From Vreelandella halophila (GTDB taxonomy: Bacteria > Pseudomonadota > Gammaproteobacteria > Pseudomonadales > Oleiphilaceae): a stretch of 24,000 bases of DNA. The notes under the pieces are model-generated. The model was not told the DNA's origin and did no database searches. It saw nothing but the letters and a program-made list of their open reading frames with translations. Where the stretch lies: the NCBI RefSeq assembly GCF_009856365.1, contig NZ_WMEX01000003.1:251735-275734 (forward strand), written 5' to 3'. The position numbers and the translations under genes were made by a program. Shown here in pieces: positions 22,514-24,000 of this stretch (position 1 is the stretch's first letter; every line of letters begins with the position of its first letter).

Positions 22514-23410
22514 CTAATCCTTTGATTTCAGCTCATCGAGCAACTGATCCTTGCGCTCCCAAAGTGCTTCCTGCCACTGCTTGACCTGTTGGCGGTGGTT
22601 TTCATCCTCGTTGTAATTGCCGCCCAGCAGATGCTGTGGAATGGGCACCTGCTCAACACGGATGACGATATGGGTGACCCGCCCGCACATGAATTCCCAG
22701 AGCCCGGGGCGGCCGTTGGGGTAGGCAATGGTAATGTCGAGCAGAGTGGAGAGGGTGTCGCCCATGGCTTCCAGAACGAAGGCGGTGCCGCCGGCTTTGG
22801 GGCGCAGCAGATGCTTGTAGGGGGATTTCTGGCTGTCGTGTTTCTCGGGGGTGAAGCGGGTACCTTCCGGGAAGTTCATCACGCTGACCGGGGTATAGCG
22901 GAATTTCTCACAGGCGCGGCGGGTGGCCTCCATGTCCTCGCCGCGTTTCTCCGGGTGTTTCTGCAGATACTCCCGGGAATAGCGCTTCATGAACGGAAAG
23001 TCGAGTGCCCACCAGGCCAGCCCGATCACCGGCACCCAGATCAGCTCCTGTTTGAGGAAGAACTTCAGGAACGGAATGCGCCGGTTGAAGATGTGCTGCA
23101 GGGCGAAAATATCCACCCAGCTCTGATGGTTGCTCATCACCAGGTACCAGCCCTCGCGGCTGAGCCCTTCCACCCCGGAGACATCCCAGGTGGTGCGGTG
23201 GGTGAGGCGCATCCAGCCACTGTTGCAGGCCACCCAGCACTGCGAGATCCCGATGATCAGGCGCGTGCAGAACACCCGCCAGGCACGGATCGGGATGATC
23301 AGCTTCAGTATGCCCGGGATATAGAGCAGCACACACCAGAAGACGGTGTTCACCGCGAGCAGCAGGGAGTTCAGTACGCCGAGTAAGGGTTTGGGGAGAA
23401 AGTTGAGCAT
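22514..23410 (-). CDS. Membrane acyltransferase of the PlsC/YihG (lysophospholipid acyltransferase) family
   Basis: HX4D motif SNHQSWVDI. Downstream FPEGTR motif. N-terminal TM segments. 298 aa. Confidence 0.8.
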   Translation of the reverse strand: MLNFLPKPLLGVLNSLLLAVNTVFWCVLLYIPGILKLIIPIRAWRVFCTRLIIGISQCWVACNSGWMRLTHRTTWDVSGVEGLSREGWYLVMSNHQSWVDIFALQHIFNRRIPFLKFFLKQELIWVPVIGLAWWALDFPFMKRYSREYLQKHPEKRGEDMEATRRACEKFRYTPVSVMNFPEGTRFTPEKHDSQKSPYKHLLRPKAGGTAFVLEAMGDTLSTLLDITIAYPNGRPGLWEFMCGRVTHIVIRVEQVPIPQHLLGGNYNEDENHRQQVKQWQEALWERKDQLLDELKSKD

Positions 23411-23467
23411 AGAGCAAGCCGGCCATCGAATGATTCATCGCCATTGTTCGATGAGTTGGGCCAGGGA

Positions 23468-23935
23468 TCAATGGGGAGCAGCCAGGTTGTTGGCCTTGAT
23501 CACGCTGCGGATGAGCCGGATGTAGCCTTCACCCTTGGCGGAGTATTTCTCAAGACCCGCTGCAAGATCGCTCCCCTCCGGGGCCTGGCCTTTGTTGCGC
23601 GCCTGAGCCCGCCGTTCCCTCAACGGTTCGTAGACCGGATGGCTGTTCAGGTGGTGGATGTAGTCATTGACGGCTTCCACAATGGGCGCGAGGTAATCGA
23701 AGAAAGCCTCCTTGCGCTCGGGCCCGGCGGGGATGTCCAGAAAGGCCGGCATCGATTGGGCTCCGGCGCCCTCGTCAATCCGGGGTGGAATGGCAACCTG
23801 TTCGGATTCAGGTGTCGTGGCTTCTGTCGTGGCTTCCTCGCTCTCCTCCACGCCGTTGTCACAGGCGGAGAGAGCGATGACAACACCGACCATGAACGCG
23901 GCCGACAGGTATTGGCGCCTTTTGTGACTCAACAT
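23468..23935 (-). CDS. Putative lipoprotein, function unknown
   Basis: The internal ATG 23935 gives MLSHKRRQYLSAAFMVGVVIALSAC with a lipobox LSAC. The track start at 23998 adds 21 non-signal residues. ERKEAFFDYLAPIVEAVNDYI faintly recalls the N-terminal region of Bax/FlgJ-like proteins, but no glucosaminidase core is present. Confidence 0.5.
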   Translation of the reverse strand: MLSHKRRQYLSAAFMVGVVIALSACDNGVEESEEATTEATTPESEQVAIPPRIDEGAGAQSMPAFLDIPAGPERKEAFFDYLAPIVEAVNDYIHHLNSHPVYEPLRERRAQARNKGQAPEGSDLAAGLEKYSAKGEGYIRLIRSVIKANNLAAPH

Positions 23936-24000
23936 GTATGCTCCCGGATCAATGGTATGTTCATCGGCCTCACCCCCAGGGCGGTTCGACACCCTCAACA

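Noticed and set aside
22589-23471. 265-aa plus-strand and 187-aa minus-strand ORFs overlapping the acyltransferase gene
   Set aside because: These are Gly/Ala/His/Pro-rich off-frame products. The annotated frame has HX4D and FPEGTR acyltransferase motifs and TM segments.
23468-23935. Bax/FlgJ-like glucosaminidase assignment for the terminal lipoprotein
   Set aside because: Only a short N-terminal resemblance (RKEAFFDYLAPIV..N) is visible. The protein is far too short and lacks the glucosaminidase core, so I left it as a lipoprotein of unknown function.

Overview
This 24-kb window comes from a moderately high-GC proteobacterial chromosome; the organism cannot be determined from the sequence alone. 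The 5' end is the 3' part of a fused isobutyryl-CoA mutase gene (icmF-type). The last ~4.5 kb look like ordinary genes: DUF429-like, metallophosphoesterase, ydcH-like, acyltransferase and a lipoprotein. Between them (~2.7-19.7 kb) lies a compositionally mosaic accessory region with no integrase, transposase or tRNA visible. It contains five parts. (1) An AT-rich, translationally coupled three-gene operon: DUF262/ParB-like, DUF3696-type ABC ATPase and an unknown protein. From memory this matches the Menshen defence architecture. (2) An EcoRII-type m5C restriction-modification pair with vsr, plus a second nuclease that fuses an EcoRII-N-like domain to HNH. (3) An orphan PD-(D/E)xK protein. (4) An array of polymorphic membrane-toxin/immunity modules. 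Two full toxins share a near-identical leader and N-terminal ~270 aa but have divergent hydrophobic C-termini. There are also three paralogous 141-aa membrane immunity genes, one orphan toxin 3' fragment and ankyrin accessory genes. (5) Inserted into that array is a three-gene cassette (Nmad2-like, Nmad3-like, wHTH-PD-(D/E)xK nuclease-like). I regard it as the best candidate for an experimentally uncharacterised modification/defence system. Also present are a perfect 13-bp x5 tandem repeat, a ~168-nt duplicated leader, a truncated HigB/Gp49-like toxin with an orphan antitoxin, and a ~64-bp duplicated intergenic element. No rRNA, tRNA or CRISPR array was seen. All family assignments come from motif recognition by eye and need profile searches to confirm.
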